The notes under the pieces were generated by a model. That model was given only the letters and a program-made list of their open reading frames with translations. It was not told the DNA's origin and searched no databases. Below, piece after piece: positions 1 to 8,750 of a stretch of DNA of 43,158 nucleotides; the stretch's first letter is position 1; the number at the start of each line of letters is the position of its first letter. Source of the stretch: Hyphomicrobiales bacterium (lineage in GTDB: Bacteria > Desulfobacterota > Desulfobacteria > Desulfobacterales > SpSt-501); contig JBLMXM010000139.1 in assembly GCA_050257775.1 (NCBI GenBank), forward strand, positions 1-43,158, written 5' to 3'. The translations under genes and the position numbers were made by a program.

Positions 1-30
1 ATTGCGATGGGAGCGGAATATGGACGCTCT

Positions 31-1632
31 CTATCCCCGAACAAGATAATTGCGCATCATGCCCATATCTTCATGCTCGAGATTGTGGCAGTGATACAGA
101 TAGAGCCCGGCATAGTCGTCAAAGCCTACCAACAGCCGGATGCGCTCACCGGGCATCAGGAGCACGGTATCCTTCCAACCCTCGTCGACGTAGCCGGAGT
201 GCATGACCCCTCCCCGTTCTATGACCTGGAACGGCTTGCCGTGCAAGTGAACGGGATGGGGCATATTCATCATCCCCATCATGCCCATGCCGCCGCCGGG
301 ATTGGAGAACTCCCACACTTCCATCGACCCCAGCCTGACGATTTCATCGTCGGCCACATCGTCCATTTGAAAAGTGCGGCCGTTGATGGTCCACTGCATG
401 TGCCCCATGGACAGCTGGAAACGGCGGGGAGAGTAGAAATTGATCGCATTCCGGGGATTGTCGCGGGCCACAAAGGAGAGCTTCTCCGGAAGAGGCTGGC
501 TGTCTTTAACTCGACGTTCGACCTTGATCCCGAAGACCGGAAACTCTGAACCGTTGGGAAGGCGCTGAAAGGGCCTTCTGCCGCCGCCCCTCATCATGCC
601 GCCCCCCATGGGTCCGTTGGCCCCTATGCCGGCATCAAACGGCAGGCTGATAAGGGCCGTTTCATAGCTGACGGGGTCGTTGCTGAAATCAACCCAGAGT
701 TCCACGCGCTCCCCGGTGCTTAGATACACGTATCTGCGATGGACCGGCTTTTCCAGCAATCCCCCGTCGGTGCCGATCACGGTGAGCGGGCGGCCGTCCT
801 GCCAGGCCAACCTGTATACGCGCGAGTTGGACCCGTTCAGAAGCCTGAGCCGGTAGGAACGGGTGGAAACCGTCAGCCGGAAATCCGGCACACCGTTGAT
901 CAGGATCCGGTCGCCTATGAATCCGGTCATGGATTCCATCCGGCCGCCGGGCATATATACCAACTGGTTGTCGCCGTCGAAGGAGCGGTCTTGAATCACC
1001 AGGGGAATGTCATATTCACCGGCGGGCAGCCCGGCGGCCTTTTCCTCATCGTCTGAGACCAGGAACAGCCCGGCCATTCCGCCGTAGACTTGGTACCCGG
1101 TCTGGCCATGCGGATGGGGGTGATACCAGTAAGTGCCGGCCCGGTTCTTCACCTCGAACTCATACAGATACGATTGCCCTTTCGGGATGACATACCGCGG
1201 GTGGCCATCCATGGCGGCAGGCACATGCAGCCCGTGCCAGTGCACGATAGTGTTCCCCGGAATCTGATTGGTGAAGCGGATGCGGATCTTGTCTCCCTTG
1301 TTCGCCTTGATGATCGGCCCCAGATAACTTCCCGGAAGTTGGATTAGCCGGTTGGCGTCTCCCTTGAGCACTTTGGCCGTGTAACGCCAAACCTGGGTGA
1401 GCCTTCCCGGGAATATGGAGACTTCATCGGAAAACGCCGTGAGGGCGATATCCAGGTCAGGCACGAATCCGGCTTGCGATTGCATGGCTTGAGCAATGTC
1501 CATTGCCGCTTGACCCGGACGCAGGCCAACAGCCCCTGACATTGCACCGATGGTTCCAAAACCAACGGCCTTCAGAAACTGCCTACGGTTGAACCGAATC
1601 GAACCTTGAGCGAGAGGATCTCGAATTGGCAT
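31..1632 (-). CDS. Tat-exported multicopper oxidase (CueO/CopA-like) with Met-rich insert
   Basis: ORF 31..1773(-). Start placed at the ATG at 1632 (MPIRDPL...) because a twin-arginine signal follows (NRRQFLKAVGFG...AMSGAVG). Copper-ligand motifs HWHG, WYHPHPHG, HPVHLHG and HCHNLEHEDMGMM are present. Met/Gly-rich stretch GGGMGMMGMMNM. Confidence 0.9.
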   Translation of the reverse strand: MPIRDPLAQGSIRFNRRQFLKAVGFGTIGAMSGAVGLRPGQAAMDIAQAMQSQAGFVPDLDIALTAFSDEVSIFPGRLTQVWRYTAKVLKGDANRLIQLPGSYLGPIIKANKGDKIRIRFTNQIPGNTIVHWHGLHVPAAMDGHPRYVIPKGQSYLYEFEVKNRAGTYWYHPHPHGQTGYQVYGGMAGLFLVSDDEEKAAGLPAGEYDIPLVIQDRSFDGDNQLVYMPGGRMESMTGFIGDRILINGVPDFRLTVSTRSYRLRLLNGSNSRVYRLAWQDGRPLTVIGTDGGLLEKPVHRRYVYLSTGERVELWVDFSNDPVSYETALISLPFDAGIGANGPMGGGMMRGGGRRPFQRLPNGSEFPVFGIKVERRVKDSQPLPEKLSFVARDNPRNAINFYSPRRFQLSMGHMQWTINGRTFQMDDVADDEIVRLGSMEVWEFSNPGGGMGMMGMMNMPHPVHLHGKPFQVIERGGVMHSGYVDEGWKDTVLLMPGERIRLLVGFDDYAGLYLYHCHNLEHEDMGMMRNYLVRG

Positions 1633-1675
1633 ATGGCAGGCCTGTGCGGGTTGATTGGGGAGTTCCAAATCGGAA

Positions 1676-2029
1676 TCAGGCTCGCAGATCGCGGCGTTTG
1701 GCCTCGTATTCGGCCTTGTCGATTTCGCCCCGGGCATAGCGCCGCTTGAGGATCTCCAGCGCATCGGACGCATCGCTCGTTTCGTTGCCGCGGTTGCGGA
1801 TCCCGGAGGCCGCCCCGAAAACCACCAGCACCAGGGCCACCAGGAGCACGACCCAGAACAGGACCATGACGATGCCCATTCCGTTCCCGAGCATCATCCC
1901 GGGGCCGATCGAACCGCGCCCCTGACTGTAAAACATCCCGATGTGGTGGTCATACAAATACCAAATGCCTGCCGCGATCATCGCTGCGGCGATCCCGACG
2001 GCGACTATTGCTGAAGAATTGCGGTTCAT
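1676..2029 (-). CDS. SHOCT-domain membrane protein
   Basis: 117 aa with two hydrophobic segments. C-terminal LEILKRRYARGEIDKAEYEAKRRDL matches the SHOCT short C-terminal domain pattern. Same strand as the metal genes and tightly packed with them. Confidence 0.75.
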   Translation of the reverse strand: MNRNSSAIVAVGIAAAMIAAGIWYLYDHHIGMFYSQGRGSIGPGMMLGNGMGIVMVLFWVVLLVALVLVVFGAASGIRNRGNETSDASDALEILKRRYARGEIDKAEYEAKRRDLRA

Positions 2030-2133
2030 GGTCTAAATAACTCCATAGCTGAAAAACTATTCTTTTCGGCAAGGCCGAATCCGGCCACATCCGCTTTGCT
2101 GCGGCGAACTGCAGGCCATGCGCTGGCCCGGAC

Positions 2134-2379
2134 CTAGTGACAGCAGTTGATCGGCTTGCCGTCGGTCACCTTCCTCACCCGGTCGAGATACCGGGACCAC
2201 CAGCCCTTACGTTTGACGCCGTAACGTTCCGGGTTTTTCTCGAACTCATCCCGGCACGTCAGGCTGCAAAAATAGAATAGTCTACCCTTGGCGTCGTATG
2301 CGATGGGCGCATTGGAGCTGTCCGCTTTCATACCACAGACAGGGTCGACTGCTTCCATGGAATGAGCCGTTTTCGACAC
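2134..2379 (-). CDS. YHS/TRASH-domain metal-binding protein
   Basis: 81 aa. DPVCGM...YYFCS-like pattern (DPVCGMKAD...RLFYFCSLTCRDEFEKNPERY) and C-terminal CCH. GTG start at 2379 is preceded by GAAGGAG at good spacing. Confidence 0.8.
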   Translation of the reverse strand: MSKTAHSMEAVDPVCGMKADSSNAPIAYDAKGRLFYFCSLTCRDEFEKNPERYGVKRKGWWSRYLDRVRKVTDGKPINCCH

Positions 2380-2449
2380 GATTATTACTCCTTCTCCGGT
2401 TAAAAAAGTTATCTCTATTTCAGGCTGCCCGCCTGAACAAATGCTGCGC

Positions 2450-2486
2450 GGGAGAGAGGCGGTATCTTCAAAACCGCCTCCCTCCC
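2450..2486 (-). terminator. Strong 13-bp hairpin just downstream of the ZraP-like stop (attenuator or mRNA-stabiliser candidate; no U-tract)
   Basis: Minus-strand RNA would read GGGAGGGAGGCGG-uuuugaagaua-CCGCCUCUCUCCC. That gives 12 Watson-Crick pairs plus one G:U on the transcribed strand; the same position is A:C on the other strand. It starts about 15 nt after the stop at 2502. No T-run follows, so it is not a canonical intrinsic terminator. Confidence 0.35.
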
Positions 2487-2501
2487 CAAGAGGGGTCTGA
2501 A

Positions 2502-3047
2502 TTACCAGCCGCAGTACCCTCCGCGGCCATAACCCTGCCCGTAAGCAAAATTGCCTTGCGGAAATTCCTTACGCACTTCGAGCTGATGATCCAGGGCCTT
2601 CTGGTCGAACTGGGACTCGAGCTGACTCAGCTGCTTCTGCAGGTCGGCGACCTTGGCCTTGTCCGGATTGGGCTTCTGGAGTTCATCGTTCAGGGCGAAC
2701 TGCTTATCACGGATTGAGTTCCGCAGGTCGCGGGTTTGATCGAAGAACTTGTCCTGGGACTGCTGGAGCTTGCCGGCGTCTTCCTGGGAAAGATTACCGT
2801 ACGCGTTGGGTCCGTAATTTCCCCACATGTGTCCGTAGCCCGGACCGTAGCCCATCATGCCGGGGCCGTATCCTCCGCCATAGCCCATCATGCCAGGACC
2901 CATCCCATAGCCGTACCCCCCCCCACCGTAGCCCATCATGTGGCCGCCGTACCACGGGCCGTAACCGTCATAGGCAAAGCCCAGCGCAGCGATACCGACA
3001 GTGAGAACCACCGCGATGATTGCGATACTGGATTTTCTCGGCTTCAT
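2502..3047 (-). CDS. Periplasmic ZraP/CpxP/Spy-family heavy-metal stress protein with Gly/Tyr/Met-rich repeat region
   Basis: Start at the ATG at 3047 (MKPRKSSIAIIAVVLTV signal-like N-terminus, AAAGGAG RBS). C-terminal helical part (LSQEDAGKLQQSQDKFFDQTRDLRNSIRDKQFALNDELQKPNPDKAKVADLQKQL) resembles the ZraP/CpxP family. Lies downstream of a sigma-54 promoter and next to ZraSR-like genes. Confidence 0.8.
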   Translation of the reverse strand: MKPRKSSIAIIAVVLTVGIAALGFAYDGYGPWYGGHMMGYGGGGYGYGMGPGMMGYGGGYGPGMMGYGPGYGHMWGNYGPNAYGNLSQEDAGKLQQSQDKFFDQTRDLRNSIRDKQFALNDELQKPNPDKAKVADLQKQLSQLESQFDQKALDHQLEVRKEFPQGNFAYGQGYGRGGYCGW

Positions 3048-3131
3048 TGTTTGATGCTCCTTTCGTTTGTGACGTTTTGTTATTCCGTGAACCAAGCAGT
3101 CACGGTTTGATCGGTTTGATGTTAGGTTAGA

Positions 3132-3146
3132 GCAACGGGCATGCCA
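3132..3146 (-). promoter_or_regulatory. Sigma-54 (-24/-12) promoter for the ZraP-like/YHS/SHOCT/MCO genes
   Basis: Minus strand reads TGGCAT-GCCCG-TTGCT. GG and GC have canonical spacing, against consensus TGGCAC-N5-TTGCW. About 85 nt upstream of the start at 3047. A sigma-54 activator is encoded directly upstream. Confidence 0.75.
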
Positions 3147-3386
3147 CAGTTCTCAGCGTATTGCGATATCATCTGTAACTAAATGAAAATACGTTAAATA
3201 AAAACTTGAAACTTTCTGCGCGTGCGATCGATACTTGTGGGGCACAATGAAGGATGGGTAAAAAGGTTACAGATCTGGGCTGGACTAGATTGGCGGTGTG
3301 TAAGAATAACCCAGCATCACCATGCCCGGGCCGGTGGTCTGCTTGGAAATCCGAGCAGGTACATTTGCCATGGCTTAGAGCTGGGC

Positions 3387-4766
3387 CTACGCCAGGCCAT
3401 AACCCTTCATTTTGTTATGCAGGGTCTTGCGGGTGATGCCCAGGCGCCGGGCAGCCTCGCTCTTGTTCTGGCCGGTGGCCTCCAGGGTTGACATGATCGC
3501 TTCCTTTTCAATCTCCTCCAGGGAGCGCGATCCGTCGGACGACGGGGGCGCGGGAGAACGCTGCTCTTTGTTTTCAGCGTATTTCTGGACGATGTGGAGG
3601 GGCAGCTGCTTTTCGGTGATGTGATCCCCGGTCAATAGAATCACTGCTCGCTCCACGGCGTTTTCCAGTTCCCGAACGTTGCCGGGCCACTCGTGCTTGA
3701 GAAGCATATCCATGGCCAGGGGTGTGAAGCCCTTGACCGTTTTGCGGTTCTGGGCGGCAAACCGTTCCAAAAAGTGCTGGGCCAGCACGGGAATGTCCTC
3801 CAGGCGATCCCGCAGCGGCGGAACCATCAAGCGCATCACGTTCAGGCGGTAAAATAGGTCTTCGCGGAAACGGCCCCCGGCGACCTCGGCTTCCAAGTCG
3901 CGGTTGGTGGCGGCCACCACCCTCACATTCACCGGAAGGACTTCCTCTCCGCCCACCCGCTGAATCTCCTTCTCCTGCAGCACCCTCAGCAGCTTGGCCT
4001 GCATGGTTGAGCTGGTTTCGCTGATTTCGTCCAGAAATATGGTGCCGCGGTTGGCCTGCATGAAACGACCCTCGTGGCGTCTGTCTGCGCCCGTAAAAGC
4101 GCCCTTTTCGTGGCCGAATAATTCTGACTCGAGCAGGGTTTCGGTAATGGCCGCGCAATTGACCACCACCAAGGGCTTATCTTTGCGCGGGCTGTTGAAG
4201 TGCAGCGAGCGGGCGATCAGCTCTTTGCCCGTGCCACTCTCGCCGGTAATCAACACCGTGGCTTCGGAGGGGGCGACCATGGCCACCATGTCGATCAGGG
4301 ATTTCATCGCTTTGCTTCGTCCAATCAGATCGGTGAGATCCAAGTCGGCGCCCAGCTTGGATCGGAGGAGCATGTTTTCCGCCTTGAGGCCGACATGCTC
4401 GCGTGCCCGTTCAATGGCCCGCTTCAGGACCTCGAAGTCCAGCGGCTTGATCAGGTAATCGTAAGCACCGGCCTTAAGCGCTTCCACCGCGGATTCCACC
4501 GATGAATAGGCGGTCATGATGATGATGGGGATAGAAGGGTTGTAGGCCTTGATCTTCTCAAGGGCTTCGATGCCGCCCATGCGGGCCATGCGAACATCCA
4601 TCAGAATCAGATCAACCGCCCGGGTCTTGACGGTTTCCACGGCGACCGCCCCGTCGTCGACTGTATCGACGTCATACCCCCAGCTCCGGGTGATGGTCTT
4701 CAGCGCGCTTAAATGACCGGGGTCGTCGTCCACGATCAGAATCCGGGTTGAAATTGAAGCAGCCAT
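3387..4766 (-). CDS. Sigma-54-dependent response regulator (ZraR/HydG/NtrC family)
   Basis: Start at the ATG at 4766 (MAASISTRILIVDDD). REC domain (DLILMDVRM), AAA+ Walker A GESGTGKE, GAFTGA motif (EKGAFTGA), C-terminal Fis-type HTH (AARRLGITRKTLHNKMK). Confidence 0.92.
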   Translation of the reverse strand: MAASISTRILIVDDDPGHLSALKTITRSWGYDVDTVDDGAVAVETVKTRAVDLILMDVRMARMGGIEALEKIKAYNPSIPIIIMTAYSSVESAVEALKAGAYDYLIKPLDFEVLKRAIERAREHVGLKAENMLLRSKLGADLDLTDLIGRSKAMKSLIDMVAMVAPSEATVLITGESGTGKELIARSLHFNSPRKDKPLVVVNCAAITETLLESELFGHEKGAFTGADRRHEGRFMQANRGTIFLDEISETSSTMQAKLLRVLQEKEIQRVGGEEVLPVNVRVVAATNRDLEAEVAGGRFREDLFYRLNVMRLMVPPLRDRLEDIPVLAQHFLERFAAQNRKTVKGFTPLAMDMLLKHEWPGNVRELENAVERAVILLTGDHITEKQLPLHIVQKYAENKEQRSPAPPSSDGSRSLEEIEKEAIMSTLEATGQNKSEAARRLGITRKTLHNKMKGYGLA

Positions 4767-4773
4767 CGCAACC

Positions 4774-6573
4774 TCAAGAGGGTTCACTGCCGCGGCAGGG
4801 TAACCGGATGGCGAAAAGGCTTCCCCGGCCGGGAGCGCTCTCCGTGGTGATGTGGCCCTGATGAGCTTCGATAATCTTGTAGACGATCGGAAGCCCCAGG
4901 CCGGTTCCGGTTTTCTTGGTGGTAAAATACGGATCGAATATCTTGCCGAGGTTTTCAGGGGTAATTCCTTTCCCGGTATCCGATACAGTAATTTTAAAAT
5001 CCGTGGAGCCGTCAGCAAAGCAATTCACGGCCAACACGCCGCCGTCGTCCATCGCCTCGATGGCATTGAGATAGAGATTCAGCAGGCACTGAGTCAATCG
5101 ATCCGGATCGATCATCGCCCGGCAGACTCCCTCTCCAACGGTCAACTCGATGCGAATGCCCTTGGCGGCCGCATCCTGCTGAATCAGTTTAAGCGAACGG
5201 TCGAGCAGGGGCGCCAGGTCGGTTGCTCGGCGCTTCACATCCGTGGGCCGGGCAAATTCCAGAAGCTCCGTTATCGCCCGGTTCAACCGGTCCACCTCCT
5301 GGATCATGACGCCGGCGGCCTCGTGCGCATCGCTGCCGCTCTCGAACTGGCCGGCGAAAAAGGATGCCAGGCCCTTGATGGCGCTCAACGGGTTGCGGAT
5401 TTCATGCGCAACGCCGGCGGCCAGACCGCCCAGCGCCGCCAGTTTTTCCTGGCGTCGGATTTCCTCCTGCAGTCGGCGCACCTCGCCCAGGTCCCGTAAG
5501 ATCATAACCTCTCCGACAAAGTCCCCCACCTCGTTGACAATCCGGGCGGCGCTGACGCTGACCGGCACACTGCGGTTCCCCGCAAAACGGCACTCCACCT
5601 CCTGCTCGGTGATCGGTGCGCCCAAGTCGAGCGCTTTTTGAAGACGGCACAAACTCGCCGGAAGAAATTCGACCGGTTCCTTGCGCATTACTGCTCCGAC
5701 CGCAAGCCCGGTAATTTTTTCCGCGGCCTCGTTGAAAAAGGTGACCCGCCCGCTGCGGTCTGTCGCCATCAACCCGACCGGCAGATGGGCCACCACTTCG
5801 TCGGCGAATGCGCTGGTGTCGCGCAGCGACCGCCTGGCGCTGCGGTAACTCTGCATCCAAAACAAGGACACCAATCCGCCGAATCCCAGAACCAGAAGGA
5901 CAGCCGACAAAACCACCGTAGTCCGGATATCGGCTCGGGCCGCTTCCTCAAATGGGGTGACGTCCAGCCCCGCGACGATAATAAGCTTCTGGCGGGTTTG
6001 AGGTGCAAACCAATCATTCTCCGGTCCGCCAAATCCCATGGGGTGGTGGCCCATCATACCGGCCATGCCGCCAAGGTCTCGTTCCTCGCCGGCCGCCAGC
6101 GGACGGAAATAGCGGTGAACCTCGAAAGCTCTCCGGCCGCCGCCCAAATCAACCAGCTCCCAGTCTTCCTGAAAGTCGGGCCCGATATGGGCCAGCTTGG
6201 CGCCCTTGCGAAAAGCGGTTCCAATTTTGGACGGGTCACTGTCGGCCACAATCTTTCCGTCCTGGTCGACAACCGCCATGAAAAGGACATCCGGGAGGCG
6301 GGCCGTTTCCTCAAGCAACCGTTGCACCTGCTGGCCGCCCCAGTTCATTCCCATCATCCCGGTTCTTGCGCCGGCCTCAACGGCGCGAATCAAGGCCGCC
6401 CCCTTGGTGGTGAGCAACTCCGACATGTAACGCTCCTCCCGGTTGGTATTCTGAACGGCCAGCACGATCACCACCACCAGAAGAATGGCGGTTGATCCGA
6501 GAATGATCCACGGGGAGGTCTGCAGCGCGTTGTGAAAACGCTGTTGAAGCCGATAAAACATCCTGGTTCCCAC
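4774..6573 (-). CDS. Sensor histidine kinase (ZraS/HydH-like; periplasmic loop, PAS, HisKA, HATPase)
   Basis: H-box HEIRNPLSAIKG, N box LNLYLNAIEAM, G boxes DTGKGI and GTGLGL, and two TM segments flanking a roughly 170 aa loop. GTG at 6573 or ATG at 6561 as start. Stop lies 8 nt before the regulator start. Confidence 0.9.
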   Translation of the reverse strand: MGTRMFYRLQQRFHNALQTSPWIILGSTAILLVVVIVLAVQNTNREERYMSELLTTKGAALIRAVEAGARTGMMGMNWGGQQVQRLLEETARLPDVLFMAVVDQDGKIVADSDPSKIGTAFRKGAKLAHIGPDFQEDWELVDLGGGRRAFEVHRYFRPLAAGEERDLGGMAGMMGHHPMGFGGPENDWFAPQTRQKLIIVAGLDVTPFEEAARADIRTTVVLSAVLLVLGFGGLVSLFWMQSYRSARRSLRDTSAFADEVVAHLPVGLMATDRSGRVTFFNEAAEKITGLAVGAVMRKEPVEFLPASLCRLQKALDLGAPITEQEVECRFAGNRSVPVSVSAARIVNEVGDFVGEVMILRDLGEVRRLQEEIRRQEKLAALGGLAAGVAHEIRNPLSAIKGLASFFAGQFESGSDAHEAAGVMIQEVDRLNRAITELLEFARPTDVKRRATDLAPLLDRSLKLIQQDAAAKGIRIELTVGEGVCRAMIDPDRLTQCLLNLYLNAIEAMDDGGVLAVNCFADGSTDFKITVSDTGKGITPENLGKIFDPYFTTKKTGTGLGLPIVYKIIEAHQGHITTESAPGRGSLFAIRLPCRGSEPS

Positions 6574-6613
6574 TTGCGACTCGTCTGTTCAGGTAGATAT
6601 TGAATATAGTATG

Positions 6614-6642
6614 AAATTAATCGCCTGCAATCGATTTGTAAA
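6614..6642 (-). promoter_or_regulatory. Candidate sigma-70 promoter for the kinase/regulator genes
   Basis: Minus strand reads TTTACA-17 nt-TAATTT, in the AT-richer spacer between the MFS stop and the kinase start. Sequence match only. Confidence 0.3.
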
Positions 6643-6676
6643 CGCCGAACGGGTTCAGTAGCGCATGCACAGCAGG

Positions 6677-7921
6677 TCACTTAGGTAGAGAAGTAGAAGG
6701 CCCGGGGCTGCCCCAGACGGCATAGAATGCGGTCCCCAACGCGCCACAACAAAATGCCCCGATGAAGTTTACCTGTGGACTGATCTCCCACAGAAACGCG
6801 CCTCCGAACGCTGCAACCGATACAACAATATCCCGGACCAGGTAGTACAGGCCGAACATGCCCGCCCGGTGGGTCTCCGGTGAAAGTTCGACGATCAGGG
6901 CCTTGCGGGTCGGCTCGCCGAACTCCTTGAGCCCTCGGACGACGAAAGCCGGGACAAGCCATGCAAAACTCTCAGAGAACATCAGCACCAGTGGAAAGCA
7001 GGTAAACAGGACAAAGGTGGTGAGCACAAACGGCTTCTTACGGCCACGGTCGGCAAGCCAGGCGACGGGTATGTAGATGAGCACGGCCGTTGCCATCTCG
7101 ATCGTGGTGAGCGCCCCGAACTGCACCGCGCTCACCGGTTCGGCAATCCGCTTCATGCACCAGACTACCACGAACGCTTGGGTGATCTGTTCGCAGAACC
7201 GGATGAGGATATCGGAAACCAACAAATTCTTGAGATCAGGGCCCATCAACCGCCACATGGACCGGGGCGATCTGCCGGCGGGGTCCGAGACCGCGGCAGT
7301 CTCTCCCGGAGGAGGATCCTCGATAAGCTTCTGTTGCAGCATGATGGCCAGGAGGGCGAACACGAGGGCGAAACCGAAGGCCCAGCGCACCCCGTCGCGC
7401 TCCCCCCAGGCCTCAATGCAGAATCCTCCGAGAACCGGGCCCAAGGCCATTGGGATCCGGTTGACCAGCGAATGCATGCTGACCCCCATGGTGCGCTTGC
7501 CCGGTGGAAGCACGCGGGCGATCAGGCCCATGGTGGCGGGAAGGGATATCGACGACCATGAAATGAACAGCACCGAACCTGCAATCACGGCCTGCCAGGC
7601 CGGGACCAGGATGACGATGACGAACCCGGCCATGGCGATGAGGTTGAACACCAGCAACGCACGCTTGGTGCCGACCCGGTCCGAGAGATACCCTCCGGGG
7701 AAAGAGTAGAGAGCGGACAGAAGGTTGTCCAGTCCGTTCAGAAAGCCGATGGAAATGGCCCCGCCTCCCAGAGCCATCATGTACACCGGCAGGAACCGCT
7801 CCGACATGCGCTCGCCCATGCCGACGAGCACTACCATGCCCAGAACGGCGATGGTGCTGCGCTGAAGACCGAGAAAATTCAGAATTCTTCCCGGCAGGGT
7901 CGTTGAGGTGTCTGCGGCCAT
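6677..7921 (-). CDS. MFS transporter
   Basis: Roughly 12 hydrophobic segments across 414-430 aa, with a typical MFS two-half organisation and a central loop (PPPGETAAVSDPAGRSPRSMWR). ATG at 7921 preferred; GTG at 7969 is the alternative. Confidence 0.8.
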   Translation of the reverse strand: MAADTSTTLPGRILNFLGLQRSTIAVLGMVVLVGMGERMSERFLPVYMMALGGGAISIGFLNGLDNLLSALYSFPGGYLSDRVGTKRALLVFNLIAMAGFVIVILVPAWQAVIAGSVLFISWSSISLPATMGLIARVLPPGKRTMGVSMHSLVNRIPMALGPVLGGFCIEAWGERDGVRWAFGFALVFALLAIMLQQKLIEDPPPGETAAVSDPAGRSPRSMWRLMGPDLKNLLVSDILIRFCEQITQAFVVVWCMKRIAEPVSAVQFGALTTIEMATAVLIYIPVAWLADRGRKKPFVLTTFVLFTCFPLVLMFSESFAWLVPAFVVRGLKEFGEPTRKALIVELSPETHRAGMFGLYYLVRDIVVSVAAFGGAFLWEISPQVNFIGAFCCGALGTAFYAVWGSPGPSTSLPK

Positions 7922-7973
7922 GGGATCCGAAGCGGCCGGCGGCTTGCGTGCCCGGCGCCGGGCTTTCACCAGG

Positions 7974-8417
7974 TTAGTTCAGGGACTTCTGCTTGGCCGC
8001 TTCCAGCCGGCACCAGGCGTAAAGCGCGTCGTAGACCTCGAACTGGCGCTCGAGGTTTTGCAGATCGTCGGGATAACGCAGGCTGTAGCCGACGGCAATC
8101 GCCTCCAGTCCGGCGGCCAGGGGGTCCTGCTCGAGGCGGTCGGTGTCTGCGGCGTTGACGATCCGTGCCATGCGCTGCAGCGCCCGGTCGGTCAGGTTGT
8201 AGTTGCGGATGATGACATCGAAGGTGCACAGGTCGCCGTCGTGGGTCAGTGCGGCGCCCGGCGTGTCGAACGGGATGGCCCCTTCCCGCTCGGCCACGGC
8301 CATGACTTCACTCTTGGGTGCAAACAGGAACTGGGCATCCGAATCGATGAAACGGGTAATCAGCCAGGGGCAGGCCACCCTGTCTACATGGACATGCGAC
8401 CGAGTGATCCAGAGCAT
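7974..8417 (-). CDS. ChrB C-terminal domain (chromate-resistance-like) protein
   Basis: Start at the ATG at 8417. MLWITRSHVHVDRVACPWLITRFIDSDAQFLF is the characteristic ChrB_C N-terminal pattern. 147 aa. Confidence 0.75.
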   Translation of the reverse strand: MLWITRSHVHVDRVACPWLITRFIDSDAQFLFAPKSEVMAVAEREGAIPFDTPGAALTHDGDLCTFDVIIRNYNLTDRALQRMARIVNAADTDRLEQDPLAAGLEAIAVGYSLRYPDDLQNLERQFEVYDALYAWCRLEAAKQKSLN

Positions 8418-8625
8418 GGATGCGGTCCTCCAGCAAGCACGGCGCAATGTGCGTCGTTCGGGATGGTAATTCTCGTTCAGCGGTCTTAAGTCGACGGAAG
8501 CATAATAACACCCGTATCCGAAATTGAAAAGGGTGGCTTGGGGCCGTGTCTACGCTGGGAATCGAGCGAGAGCGGACGGGCCACTTCATGGATCCAGCTA
8601 ACATCCCCGGTGAGGTTGACAAGCG

Positions 8626-8654
8626 CCGCGAGCTTTTTTATAGTCGATTGTCGA
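8626..8654 (+). promoter_or_regulatory. Near-consensus sigma-70 promoter upstream of the FAD-oxidoreductase/OFOR-1 gene string
   Basis: TTGACA (8626-8631), 17-nt spacer, TATAGT (8649-8654). About 95 nt upstream of the ATG at 8751. Confidence 0.5.
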
Positions 8655-8657
8655 CAA

Positions 8658-8667
8658 ATTAAAGCCC
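8658..8667. promoter_or_regulatory. Palindromic operator candidate TTGTCGACAA (GntR-type GT-N-AC palindrome)
   Basis: Perfect 10-bp palindrome immediately downstream of the -10 box. The 13-mer CGATTGTCGACAA recurs at 42677-42689, next to another sigma-70-like promoter. Confidence 0.45.
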
Positions 8668-8750
8668 GAACTGATCGGGTCTTCCACACCCTTTCCGAGC
8701 CGTTCAATAATGACCGGAACCGACTCGCGGCGTCAGAGGGAACTCAGCGC

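Noticed and set aside
7-549. 180-aa plus-strand ORF at the window start.
   Set aside because: It lies antisense to the C-terminal copper-binding region of the multicopper oxidase and has no motifs of its own.
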